The notes under the pieces are model-generated. The model saw only the letters and a program-made list of their open reading frames with translations. It was not told the origin of the DNA and did no database searches. The translations under genes were made by a program, and so were the position numbers. From the human T2T-CHM13v2.0 reference genome, Homo sapiens, in NCBI RefSeq assembly GCF_009914755.1, contig NC_060941.1: a stretch of DNA of 64,000 nucleotides, one strand, 5' to 3'. This document shows, one piece after another, positions 21,361-35,149 of this stretch. Numbering within the stretch: the stretch's first letter is position 1; the number at the start of each line of letters is the position of its first letter.

Positions 21361-23379
21361 TGAAAGAGATGATAGAAGATGGTGGTGTAATGTGAGGTTG
21401 GAAAAGCAGACCTAGAACATACCACGGAAGGTCTTTTAGGTGACAGCAAGGGGGTTCGATGCAGTGGGAAACCGCTGGAGGGATCCGACCTGCATCCCAT
21501 AAAGACCTCTTTGGCTACTGTGAGGGAAACAGACATTTTGGGAAGGTTCCAGAAGTCAAGGTAGAGGAAGACTAGTCTATAAAGCGGACCGCCTTTGTGA
21601 AAAATCAACCTATGAAAGAAGCCAACATACAAAAGATACACTGGAAGTGATCAAAGACTTCCAAGAGCAGCCGGGAGGTGGAATCTCAAGTCCAGATGTT
21701 GAATGAGTTGGGTGATTGTATGGGACAGAACCAGAAGCTGATGAGGGGCCCAGGATGCAGATCAAAGAGATGGGATGAGCAGGCAAATGCCATTTCTTTT
21801 CATTCCGCCTATTTTGCTTGAGTCACCAGTTTGGTAAGGGGAGAGTTTCAACCATCTGCAAGTAATCCAAATGCTTTTACTAACCTGCCTACCCATCCAC
21901 ACCCCCACCAAAAAAAAAAAAAAAAGAAAGAAAGAAAGAAAAATAAGAAGCCAACCCCAGAGCTTGTACGCCTGCATTCTCCACAATCATTTCTCTGTGT
22001 TACAGCTCTTGTCATCTTACATTATACATGAATAACTAATCAACCAAACACAAACCCACTGATGAAAAAAAACGCATGTTGGATCTAGAATGTGAGCAGG
22101 GTAAAGAGTAATATTAATTTCACTGGCAAATAACAAAATGGGAGCAAACATGAGGGATGTTAAGACAAGACTTGTGTTTTTGAATGCTTCTGGGAATGGA
22201 AACTCTCCAAGAATCAAGGGAAAGGGGAAGAAGGTTGGACATATTTGGAGTGCACTAATACCAATTCTTTTTTCTTCTGGTATGCATATGTGACTATATG
22301 CAACATCATCCTGGGTCAGGCCAACTGGTCATTTAAACCACCATGCTGTCTGCCTCACCTAGTCGAACAGTTCATATAATGATCTTCCACTATTCCTTAA
22401 TGGACATACAGGTGTTAGTCTTAATGCACCAACCAATATTGCGATAGGCTGGAACAAAACCTTTTGCTCTTTGAATGTCCACAGTGAGTAACACTATGCT
22501 AGGTATGTAGTAGGTGCTCAATAAATGTATCTTTCACACACTTCCTAAATGAAGTCTATTTCTTCCTTCATCGTTTTCCTGAAAGATCTTTCTTGACCAC
22601 TAAGGATGAACTCCTCATCTCCATGTCCAGTGAGTGGTTTAGAAATGTTTTAGTCTTCCTCCTCCTTGACTTCATAATGGCATCTGACACTGCTGTGACA
22701 CTTCAGTTGTCTTCTGTGACTCTGAACTTTTCTGGTTCTAATCTTTTCTCCCTGATGGCCTCTCTACCCTGACCTCCAATGATTTCTTTTCCTGTTTCTG
22801 CACTCGAAAGTCCATATTCCACAAGGACTCTGCTTTTCTGTCTTGTCACTCTTTATGAGAAATTAATTGTATCTCATTTCAAATCAATGCATGTATCTAT
22901 CATCCTCTGTCACATTACATGCAAAGTATCTGCTTATGGACCTGTCTGTCCAACTAGACCTCAAGCTCCTCAAAAACAGATCCCTCACTGTGTTCGTCTC
23001 TGTGCCTCCAGTACCTGGCACAGAGCTGGACACTCAGTGAATGCTCCATACACACGGGCCCAACTGATCCATTCTCAAATTATGCTCGGAGTTGGTAGAT
23101 TGGGCAGAAATTATTACCCCCATTATATAGAGAGGGGACCCCAAAGCTCAAGGAGGTAAAGCAAACATTAGAAACATGATTCCTGTGACTGGCTGTGGAG
23201 ACTCCGTGTAATAATCATTCTGGTATTGCCAATTGCAAAAGGACTGTAAAACTAATAGAGATGCTGTCTAAATACCGACATCCAATCCTTTCATGCTCTT
23301 CTGAGCAGGCTTGAATTTTCCAGTGCCTCTCTTAAAATACAGCCCGCAGGACTGAGCATAAAACTGCATGTGGCCTGAC

Positions 23380-23600
23380 CTGCCAGCACGCGCTGGGAGT
23401 ATTGCTTCCCTCCTTCCACACTCTGCTGTGCTATTAATAGAGCCTCAGATTGCACTAGGGTTCTCAACAGCCTCCTCGCGCTGTAGGTTCACATCAAGCT
23501 GGTGATCAGCTAACCCCCCGGGTCTTTCTCATGCAATGCCTTCTGTCAGGCCAGGCCTCCCCAGCAGCCACTTGGGCAATGAATGTTTTTGAATGCTCAT
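23380..23600 (-). mobile_element. L3/CR1 LINE fragment
   Basis: ctattaatagagcctcagattgcactagg...cagctaaccccccgggtcttt...ccaggcctcccc resembles antisense CR1/L3 RT sequence. Confidence 0.6.
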
Positions 23601-24342
23601 GATTATTTGTGACTTAGACTAGAAGGTACAACACCAGATCATGCCCTTCTTTCTCATGTGGCATTTTGCTGAGTGGGTGATGGGGTCTTAGGGGTCCTGT
23701 TCAGGACCCAGAGCTGTGGCCAGCCACTGGGGGCCACCAGCATCATCGGCCCCACAAAAGTAAGAGGATGATGGCGAAATTAATTTTCTGGCTCACTTCA
23801 AATTATTCTTATGTTCATCCCTACTCCTCTTGGATTAGGTCCTTTCTTGGTCTTGTTCTAATGCTGGGTGTTTGTATGCACAGCCTCTTTTCCCTCCCAC
23901 CCATGGACACAGCCACATTTTGATTTCTCATGCCCTTTCCAAATAGTAGTAGTATTTTTAGCATGAATATCTTGCTCAGAAATTGGCTGTACAGTCTATC
24001 CCCTATTGTCTTCACATCTAATACTTTTCTTTTTTCCCTCTGCCTCTCCTATGCATCAATACCACGTTTGGCTAAAGAGATTTGATTTTGACCTATTTGA
24101 ATTCTCCCTTCACAGATGACAGCCCTTTCTCCCTCTCCTTCCTTCCCTTCAATTAGTTTTTTCAGCCACTTGGAATTAGCTGATGGGTGATTGTAGAAAT
24201 TGCAACGTGGGCTACTGTGGTGGGTCTCAATGTCAACTCCAGGAAACCTCTGAATCTGGGGGGCTCTGGTTTCAGAATCTGATAGCCAGGCCCTGAACTC
24301 TGGAATGTGGGGCTGTGACATGAGATACAGCTTCTCTTTGCT

Positions 24343-24361
24343 CGGCCACTAGAGGGAACTG
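24343..24361 (+). promoter_or_regulatory. Candidate CTCF site
   Basis: cggccactagagggaactg matches the CTCF core CCAC(C/T)AG(A/G)GGGC except at one position. Confidence 0.5.
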
Positions 24362-25979
24362 AAATGTGGGGCGCAAGAAGGCGTTTCCTCTGTTCGCCAG
24401 ACGAGGGCGCTCATACCCATGGTCCTCCAAAGTTGGAATTTCTCGCCCCAAAACAGATATTGTCGGGTTGGCCTCCTTGTAACCCAAACATACGATGGGA
24501 TGACATTACAGCTGTGCTACTGATTGCTGCTTTGACCGCCTCCTATGCTGTGTAAATGGCCAAAAGCAAAGAATTATTAAAAAGCAGGCCCAATGTTGTC
24601 CAAGCTCACGTGTGGTTTGTGGGTCTATGTGTTTGCTGCTGGCAAATTTGCAAGCAGATGGGACTCCAAGGCAAGGCGTGGAAGTGATGATGGGAACGTT
24701 GGAAGTTCACAGACATAACTTGTAGAGTGTGTGAGGCCGGGTGCGCGGACCCTGTGTATCTGCAGCTGCGATACTTAGATTTCAGTTTGGCAAGGCAGGT
24801 CACGGTGGAGATGGGGCAAGCTGCAAGGGTGGTGGAGAGGAGGAAGGGAAGGTGACAGTGGCCCTCTGTCAACTGTTTCCAGGTGGAGTTGAAAGGTGTA
24901 ATCATTTTCTTCTGGGGGCCTTGGCACCTTTCATCAAGACGAAGTTGGTGACTGGTTTAAAAAGATTTAAAAAATTAAGCTCGAGAGGCCAAAGGAGAAA
25001 ATGGTTTCCAGGTGGAAAGGGCTTGACAGAATGGTGCTCTTGTGCCGTGACTCCGAACTCCGTGGAGCATTCCAGTGGCCCACTGTACTCCCACCCCTCC
25101 AGGCAGCACTGGGAGGCAGCCAAGTCTAGGAGGCAAAGGGCTCCCTAACTGCCAAGCAGTGAAGATGTTGAATAAAATATTTACTTACACGTTTAAGAAT
25201 AATGATGACAGCATGACAAACAGTGGTGAAACAGCTTTAGGGGACATGGAAGGGCAGCCCTGGGATATTTTTAATGAGAACAGTGACTTCCTGTTTAATT
25301 CCCGAGGCTTGTCTCTTTTGCCTACCATACCCACACTGGTATCACAAGATACCGCCCATGATTGGGGAGGGGGTTCACCAGACTGGCCTAGGGAGTCCCC
25401 TGCAGGAAGCTGCCACATGGAGAGGCTACAGCCAGCCTCACTCCCAACCCTAAGCTATTGCCCACCTTTTGCAACTCCTGAAGATTACAGCTTTCTGATC
25501 CCTTCCCCCCCCCTACACCAGAAGGGTCCTCTGTTGTGGTCATTCAATAAATGATATTTCTTAATTAGGAATCTAGCTCTTTCTTATTCAGCTGGACTAA
25601 TAAGCACCCTATGCCCTGCTTGGGTGTGATAATTTTGAGTTGGAGACAAGGAAAAAGGAGTGAATGAAAGGGAGTAAAAGTCTTCACCCACAGCACTAGA
25701 TTTCAGCTATGCCCAACGTGAAAATGGAAAGGGAAAATGGAAAAAAAAAAAATTGGCCAAACACGCTTTAGGTTTGTTTTTCCCTCCTTTTGGGAGCTTT
25801 TTGCATTTTCCTCCCCAATTTGGAAAAAAAATGAAAGAAAACAAATTTCTCTATCATTTAAATAAAACAGACCTTTATGTCTCTAAATATAATACATCAA
25901 ACAATGTTAGGAGTAACTAAATTATACATAAAGATACTTGTTTGTTAGATTGTTAAAGGCTGTTTGAAAAATAGAATTT

Positions 25980-26841
<862 letters not shown>

Positions 26842-27485
26842 CTATTTATTTAAATCGATATAAAGGACCATTAGTTTTAGACCTGTAATTTATACTTGGT
26901 GAAATTTTCATGGAAAAAAAACAACAACAAAAAAACTCATTTCCCTAAATATTTTCTAGTAAAAACATGGCTTGCTTTTTTGGTGCAAAGTCTGCCACGC
27001 TGTTTTTAAAAGCGAGGCTTACGAGACCGTGGGAGAGAGATAAGTGAACAGCCTCTTTAATAAGAGAGGCGTCCAGCGTGGCGGCGGAATGCAATACCAA
27101 AAAGTAAACAAAGAGCATCGTGTGAAAAAGAGCAAGTTGAAATGAATCTTGCTTTTCCTATTTGAAAAACACGCTCATGGTTGTTAGCAACTGAGTCAAG
27201 ACATTTAAATCATATATATACTTTTAGATCTTGACAGTGACCTTTTATAAGTGTACAGTGGGGATAAGAAGATGAGCAAAGCCTTGCTGCAGAAAAAGCA
27301 TTTCAGTTAATTGAACATGAAATGTGTTACCATCTGATAACATTAATAATATGTGATCGCTACTTTGTATCTAATATGCAGTTCATTTGGTTGGAATCTA
27401 AAGCATTCTATAAATGTTAGAGTATGAATCCTGTTGCAAACCTATAAACTAAGCAGCTCTATTTTGGTGCATTTTGAAGTATCTC

Positions 27486-28030
27486 TGTGTTAGTTATCTA
27501 TGCTGTGTAACAAATTATCCCAAAACTTAGCAGCTTCGAACAACAAATATTTATTATCTCAGCATCAATCAGGAATGGCTAAGCTGGGAGGTTCTAGTTC
27601 AAAGGCTCTCATTAAGTTGTAGTCAAGGCATTGGCCAGATTAACAATCATTTGAAGACCTGATGAGGGCCGGCAGATCCACTCATAAGGTGTCTAACTCA
27701 CAATCCCAGCAAGTTAGTTTGAGATGTTGACAGTAAACCTCAATTCTTTTCTACACTGGTCTCTCCGTAGGGCATGGAGAGATGCCTGAGCATCCTCATG
27801 ACATGGCAGCTGGCTTCCCCCAGAGCCAATGATCCATGAGACAAAGCAAAACGGAAGCTACAATATCTTTGGATGATCTAGCCTTAGAATTCACCCACCA
27901 TCACTTCCTTCAGGTCCTGCTCCTTAGAAGCCGGTTACTAAGCACAGTCCACACTCGAGGAGAGGGCAATTCGACTCCATCTTTTGAAGGAGTCTTAAAG
28001 AATTTGTGAGCATATTTTAAAGGCACCGCA
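27486..28030 (-). mobile_element. MLT1 (MLT1F-like) MaLR solo LTR
   Basis: tgtgttagttatctatgctgtgtaacaaattatcccaaaacttagc...gaatttgtgagcatattttaaaggcaccgca; near-TSD atctc/atccc. Confidence 0.8.
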
Positions 28031-28579
28031 ATCCCCTATTTACATAAGGACAGTTGAAAATGATGGTGGCTTACCTGCTCAAGGTCAACGAACTACTGGT
28101 AAGACCCCACCTGGAAGGCGGCAGGCTTTTTTATTTATTGTAAAGCAAAACAGAAAACCCACATTCTTGAAATAACTGCACATGAATCCCAAATCTGTCT
28201 CTTTCAAATGTCCAAGACCTTCTAAAAGTGGCAGGATGCTTTCTGTTTAGAAATGGATGAGATGGACACTAGACTGGAAGGGTCAGCCTTTGATTAAGAG
28301 TCAGCTTTCCTCTTAATCAGCTCTGGGACCATGAGAACAAAAACACTTTTCTAAGGGATGTTTTCCTCCTTTGCAAAATATGATGGGCTAGCCGAATGGT
28401 TTCCAAAGTTGGTGGCCTTTAAGTCCTCTGGGGACTTAAAAACTCACTGATCTTGTGTTAAATCCACAATGTCCAGGAATCTGTACCACTTAAAAGCACT
28501 TGGGGACTCTGGCGGCCTGTTTTGCAGACAGTAGGAACTGCTCGGCTACATGATTTCTCACTCTTCCACTTTTAACATT

Positions 28580-28870
28580 ATTTTATTTATTTTTGAGACA
28601 GAGTCTCTCTTTGTCACCCAGGCTGGAGTGCAGTGGCATGATTTTGGCAACCTCCGCCTCCTGAGTTCAAGCGATTCTCCTGCCTCAGCCTCCAAAGTAG
28701 CTGGGATTACAGGCTCCCGCCACCATGACTGGCTTTTTTTTTTGTATTTTAGTGGAGATGGGGTTTTACCATGTTGGCCAGGTTGGTCTGGAACTCCTGA
28801 CCTCATGTGATCTGCTCACCTCTGCCTCCCAAAGTGCTGGGATTACAGGCGTGAACCACCATGCCTGGCC
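28580..28870 (-). mobile_element. AluS
   Basis: TSD aacattatttta. Confidence 0.9.
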
Positions 28871-28919
28871 AACATTATTTTAACTCTCCCCATCAGACTG
28901 GGTATGCCCATGTAAATTG

Positions 28920-29240
28920 TTGGTTCTCCATCTTCACTACAATCATGAGCAGAATTTTTAAAAAATATGATACCTAGGGCCCTCCCTAGGCAAAATATAA
29001 GTCATTCTGGGGTGGAACTCTGGTACCATCACGGGTTGTTGGCTTGTTTTCATCAGTACATTTAAAACTAATCATGTTTAGCCTTGTTGGCACATTAGAA
29101 TCACTTGGGGAGCTTTAAAAAAGCCCACTGCCCAGCCTGTCCCCCAGGCCAATTAAATCACAATCTCGTGGGAAAACCAAGAATCAGCATTTTTTAAAGT
29201 TCCCCAAGTGATTACAACATACAGCCAAACTGACCTATGT
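28920..29240. mobile_element. MER5A fragments
   Basis: cacattagaatcacttggggagctttaaaaa...aaagttccccaagtgatt. Confidence 0.65.
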
Positions 29241-30061
29241 TTGCCACATTTGAGATAATTCTAATGCTAATTCACCTATAAGGGATTATTCAGAAAAAAA
29301 TCCCAACATTTAGATGCCACAGTACTCTAAGAAAAAAAATGCATTTAAAGTGGAAGATATTACAATTTTGAAATGAAAGATATTAAAAATTAAATGGAAC
29401 TAAGTTCCATTTCTGGCAATATGGTAGACTAAGTAACTTGAAAATCCTCCCATCATAAACCACCTATAAATACTGGTCAGAATGTAATAAACACCCATTT
29501 AAATGAGCTCTCAGGACAGTAAGCAAAGGCTCTCAGAGTCAGGAAGAAGAGGGAGATTCTAGCATGGTATGCAAGTAAGCTGAGGTTGAGCTGGTCTTAG
29601 GCAGGTTTGCTGGTGTTGGGAACCTGAGGTTTGAGCATCAAAATAGGAAGGAGACTATGCTTAAGGTCCATTAAAAGTGGGAAAATGGAATTCAGAATTC
29701 CCATAAAGCTGGAATCCCATCAAGCTAGAACCTCCTGAATCACTAGAGAAATAATCACTGGAAAAATAATCTCCCCAATGTCACAAGGAAACAAGAAAAT
29801 GTGCCTGTCTTTGCAGGGGTTGAGGGTGGGGAATAAAGGGCTTTACTGAGAATTTGAGATTATAATGTGGTATGGTCCAGGAACCCCAAAGCTGAGAATG
29901 AATACAGAAATACAGACCCAATGCCAAACTATACAATGTATGTGGATATAATCCTCCACAAGCAAGATGTAGCAGACACAAAGGTCCCAAGAACCTCAGG
30001 TAACAGAACTATCAGGCAGACTATAAAATAAGCAAATTGAAAATTATTAAAGACACAAAGA

Positions 30062-30363
<302 letters not shown>

Positions 30364-31320
30364 AGACACAAAGGAACCTTTGACACCATGAGAAAATAAC
30401 ATAACACTCTAAAAAAGGTAGATTTTAAATAGAACTAAATAGAATTTCTAGAAATGACAAATATAGTCACCAAAATGAAAAGCTCAGTGATGAGTTAAAC
30501 AGCAGATTAGACAGAGTCGAAGAAAGAACCACAGATGGATCTGAGAAAATTGCCCAGGAAGCAGCAAAGACAAAGTGAAGGAAAGTCTGACAGATTCAGA
30601 GTGTGCTGGATAGAAGGAGAAGATGCATTATACATTTCATATAAGTACCAAAAGACAATGAGAGGGATACTTCATTTAGAGAATCCCAAGATTATGCATA
30701 TACAATGAGTATTGAATCAGATAAAGAAGAAGAAATTCATACTTGAATATAGCAGAGTAAAAATGTAGGAAGCCAAAGACAAGGAAAAAGTCTTAAAACC
30801 AGAGAGAAAAGACAGATTACCTACAAAGGAATGACAATTAGACTCATAGCAAATGTTTCAGAAATAAAGAATAGGAAGACATGGTATATTCAAAAAAGTG
30901 CTGGGGTAAAATAACTGCCAATCTTGAGTATTACACCCAGAGAAATCATCATTCAGGAATGAGAGTGAAATATGACATGTTTGTCTTAGCGGAGAGAGCG
31001 TACCACTCAACAATCCCCTGAAAAAAACTAAAGGTATGTCTCAGGGGAAAGGGTCTATATCTAGAAGGAAATTGGTAAATAAGGGCAAATCTAAACGATG
31101 AATTGACTGTATATAAAATTACAATAGAGATTAAAATTAGGGGTATAAAAAGTAGGTGGATCTAAAAATAAGCAACAGTAAAACATAATGAGAGGATGTA
31201 ACTGAAGTTGAATCATTCTTAGCTTATTGGATAGTTCTAGGGCATTTGATTTACTTTAGATCACATGTACAGGTTAAAATTGTAATCACCGAAAGAGTAG
31301 AAATAGAATTTACAACTTCC

Positions 31321-31666
31321 GGCCAGACACAGTGGCTCACGCCTGTAATCCTAGCACTTTGGGAGGCCAAGGCAGGCAGATCAATTGAGGTCAGGAGTTC
31401 AAGACCAGCTGGCCAACATGGTGAAACCCCGTCTCTACTAAAAATACAAAAATTAGCTGGGTGTGGTGGTGGGTGCCTGTAATACCAGCTACTCGGAGGC
31501 CGAGTCAGGAGAATCGCTTGAACCCAAGAGGCAGAGGTTGTAGTGAGCTGATTGTACCACTGCACTCCAGCATGGCTGACAGAGTGAGACTCTGTCTCAA
31601 AAAAAAAAAAAAGGCCTCGGCCTCCCAAAGTGCTGGGATTACAGGTGTGAGCCACCATGCCCGGCC
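31321..31666 (+). mobile_element. AluS (31321-31612) fused tail-on to an inverted Alu 5' fragment (31613-31666)
   Basis: The poly(A) is followed directly by ggcctcggcctcccaaagtgctggg...cccggcc. Confidence 0.9.
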
Positions 31667-33257
31667 AATAGCATCTCTTATACATTGCTAGTAGGAGTAC
31701 AAATTGGAACACCACTTTGGAAAACAGCTTAGTATTACCTTGTAAAATTTTACATTCACGTATGTTACGACCCAGCAATTACTCCAAAGAGAAATTCTGA
31801 TCTATGTGCATCAGAAGGTAAAAATGTTCATAATAACACTGTTTATAATAGCCAAAAAAAAAAAAAAATTCCTGAAAGCAACCCAAAGGCTTGTTTGTGA
31901 GAATAGAGAAACTAAACTGTGGCACAGTCACATAATGGAATATTATACAACTGGGAGAAAGAATGAACTACAACCTGATACAAAAATCTAATTTTGTTCC
32001 CCCCACCCCCCCAGGGCCCTGGCTAGAGGATCTAATTGATTCTTAATAATTTCATATTGAGTAAATTATCAAGCCTCAGAAATTTTTCATAAAGTTTCAA
32101 AACAAAAAGTAAAACAAAACAAATATTAGTCATTGATATGCATGATAAAACTTTTTAAAAAGCGAAAAATCATAACAAATACAAGATTCAGACTGGTGGT
32201 TACTTTAGAGGAACAAAATAGGGAGGAACACATAAGCAGATGTTACATAAGTCAAGTCATTGTTTCTGTTTTAGTTCTCTGGTTGAATAGCAGGTTTACA
32301 GGTATTCATGATATCAGCAAATAAAATAAAATAGGGCCATGAGTATACACAATGATGATAGTGTGTTATACTAGAGATTGTGACTAATATATTTTTGTGC
32401 CCCTAAATTGTGATATTTTGTGATCTTTAAAAATATCAGCAATCACAATAAATGTAAATGGACTAAACTTACTAGTTAGCACAATAATGAACCAGAGCTA
32501 ACTATATGCTATTTACAGGAGACTGAACAAAAAATTTGGGACATGGAAAGGTTCAAAGTAAAAGGAAAGAGGGAAAGAGAAAGATCTATAAGTGAAGGGC
32601 TAATTAAAAGAGTAGTTACATTTATTACAGACAAAGTAGACTTTAAAGCAAAAGGCATTAGGGATAAGTATCTTCTGTGCCAATATTAAAGGAATAATTC
32701 CTAGGAAAATAGCAAATCTAAGCTCGTATGCACTGAATAACAAGGCCTTAAAATACACAAAGCAAAAAGTATGAGAAGCAGAAAATGTATAGTTACAGTG
32801 GGAAATTTTAACAGTTCTTTTTGATGCACCTGACAACATACTTTTAAAATACAGCAAAATTTGAGAGAATTACAGGAGAAACTGGCAAATCTAGTCATAT
32901 AGAAATTTTAATGTACTTCTATAAAAACCAACAGGTCAAGCTGACAAAATATTAGTAAGGCTACAGGAAATCTAGACAATATAATTAATAAGTCTGATCT
33001 AATAGACCCATATAAAATGCTGTACTTAAAAATTAAGGCATATACATTCTTTTCAAATCTACATGAAATATTTATAAAAATTGACTGCACCAAAGCAAGT
33101 TTCAATAAATAACAAAGAATCTGCTTCATACAGATCACATTCTTTGACCTTAATTCAGTTAAGTTAGACGTTAGTAACTAAAGAATAACCTCAAATACCC
33201 CTCAAATACACCTGTATTAATTCACTAGTCAAACAAGAAATCGTATCTGAAATCTAA

Positions 33258-33565
<308 letters not shown>

Positions 33566-34496
33566 TAAACTTTTTTTACCTCATTGGTGATAAAAAGTCT
33601 ATATATCTTGTGGAATATAGCTTGAGTGGTACTTAAAGTGAAATCTGTAGTCTTAAATGTTAAAATCAGAAAACAGATGGCTAAAAATTAATTACCTAAG
33701 GCAACAATTCAAAAAAAAAAAAAAAGAGCAACAGAATAAATCCAAAAAGAGCAGAAGCAGAAGGGAATACTATATGATATATATTAATATTACATTACAT
33801 ATTATATTCTCACAAACTATATAATAGTATATATTTTCTATTGTGCCATATATAACAATATAATATATAATAATATATAAGAACAAAACTTACTGGAACA
33901 GAAAAAGAAACAATATTGAAACTAAAGTCTGGTTCTTTGGAAACACTAATAGAAAGTAGAAAGAAAACATTAGTAAAAAAAAAAGATCTCTGGCACAGCT
34001 GATCCAGATAAGAAAAAATACATATAAAATGATATTTAGAATGAAAAAAAAACATTATGGATAGATAGAGCAGGGATTAAAATACATTAAGAGATAACTA
34101 TGAACAGCATTTTGTCAACACATTTGAAAACCTAGATGGTATGGATAATTTCCTTGAAAAACATAGTGTATAAAAATAGATTCAAGAAGAAAACAGAAAA
34201 CCTGAAGAGATCTACGAGCATTAAAGAAATGGAATCAGTAGTTAAAAATCAACCCACGAAATGTCTATCCCAGACCCAGACAATTTACCTGCAAAACTAC
34301 CAAACATTCAAGGAACACATAATTCCAATCTTACACACACTGTTCCAGAAAATGAAAAAAGAAGGAACATTTACCGGTTCATTTTATGAGACCAGTATAA
34401 CCAGACAAAGGCAGTAAGAAAAGGAAAAACTGCAGCCAATTTGACTTATGAACATGAATACAAAAAGAATCCTAGAATGAAATTAAATGTTGGCCA

Positions 34497-35100
34497 TCAT
34501 TCATTCATTCATCCACTCACTCATTCAGTCAATCATTATTTATTGAGCGTCAACCGTGCGCCAGCAGGCACTGTGCTAGTACATGGAGAGCAGAAAGGCA
34601 CGGGAGCTTCTGGCTTAGAGGAGATGGGCAATAAAGCAAATGATCATACAGGGTAAGGTACACAGAGGACGTTCTGGTAAGGTAACTGCATATCAAAGGG
34701 CATTCGACCCTGTCAGAGAGGTCTGGGAAAGATTTCCAGGCATGTAAGTGGAGTAAGGGTGTATGTGGGAAGACTGTTTTGTAAGCTGTTGCAGGGCCTC
34801 AGGTGGGAGATCTGGGATGCAGCAGCAAGAAAGATGGATTTGAACTTGGGCTTCCTTTAGAAAGGCTAAGTGGAGATGTTGAATAGGAAATTGACCAGAG
34901 CCTGGAGCTCTTCAGGAAGGGTGGGGCTGGAGATTTCAATTTGAGTGGCATCACCATGTGTTTAAACCCATCCTGGAAGATTGAGTTTGAAGAAGGAAGT
35001 GTCCAACATTGTCTTGGGCTGTTGAGACTTTCAGAGGGTTGAGGACTGATATTGTGCTGCTTGAATTCTCCTGATGCAGGGGCTACATTGAGTGAGCTGG
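34497..35100. mobile_element. L2 fragments
   Basis: (CATT)n end plus ttattgagc...gtgccagcaggcactgtgctag. Confidence 0.65.
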
Positions 35101-35117
35101 AGAAAAAAAATGCATAA

Positions 35118-35149
<32 letters not shown>
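35118..35149 (+). repeat. (AAT)n microsatellite
   Basis: About 10 AAT units. Confidence 0.9.

Noticed and set aside
33770-33880. AT-rich low-complexity tract, plus poly(T)/poly(G) runs at 52820, 54540, 54610 and 63915
   Set aside because: Ordinary simple repeats.
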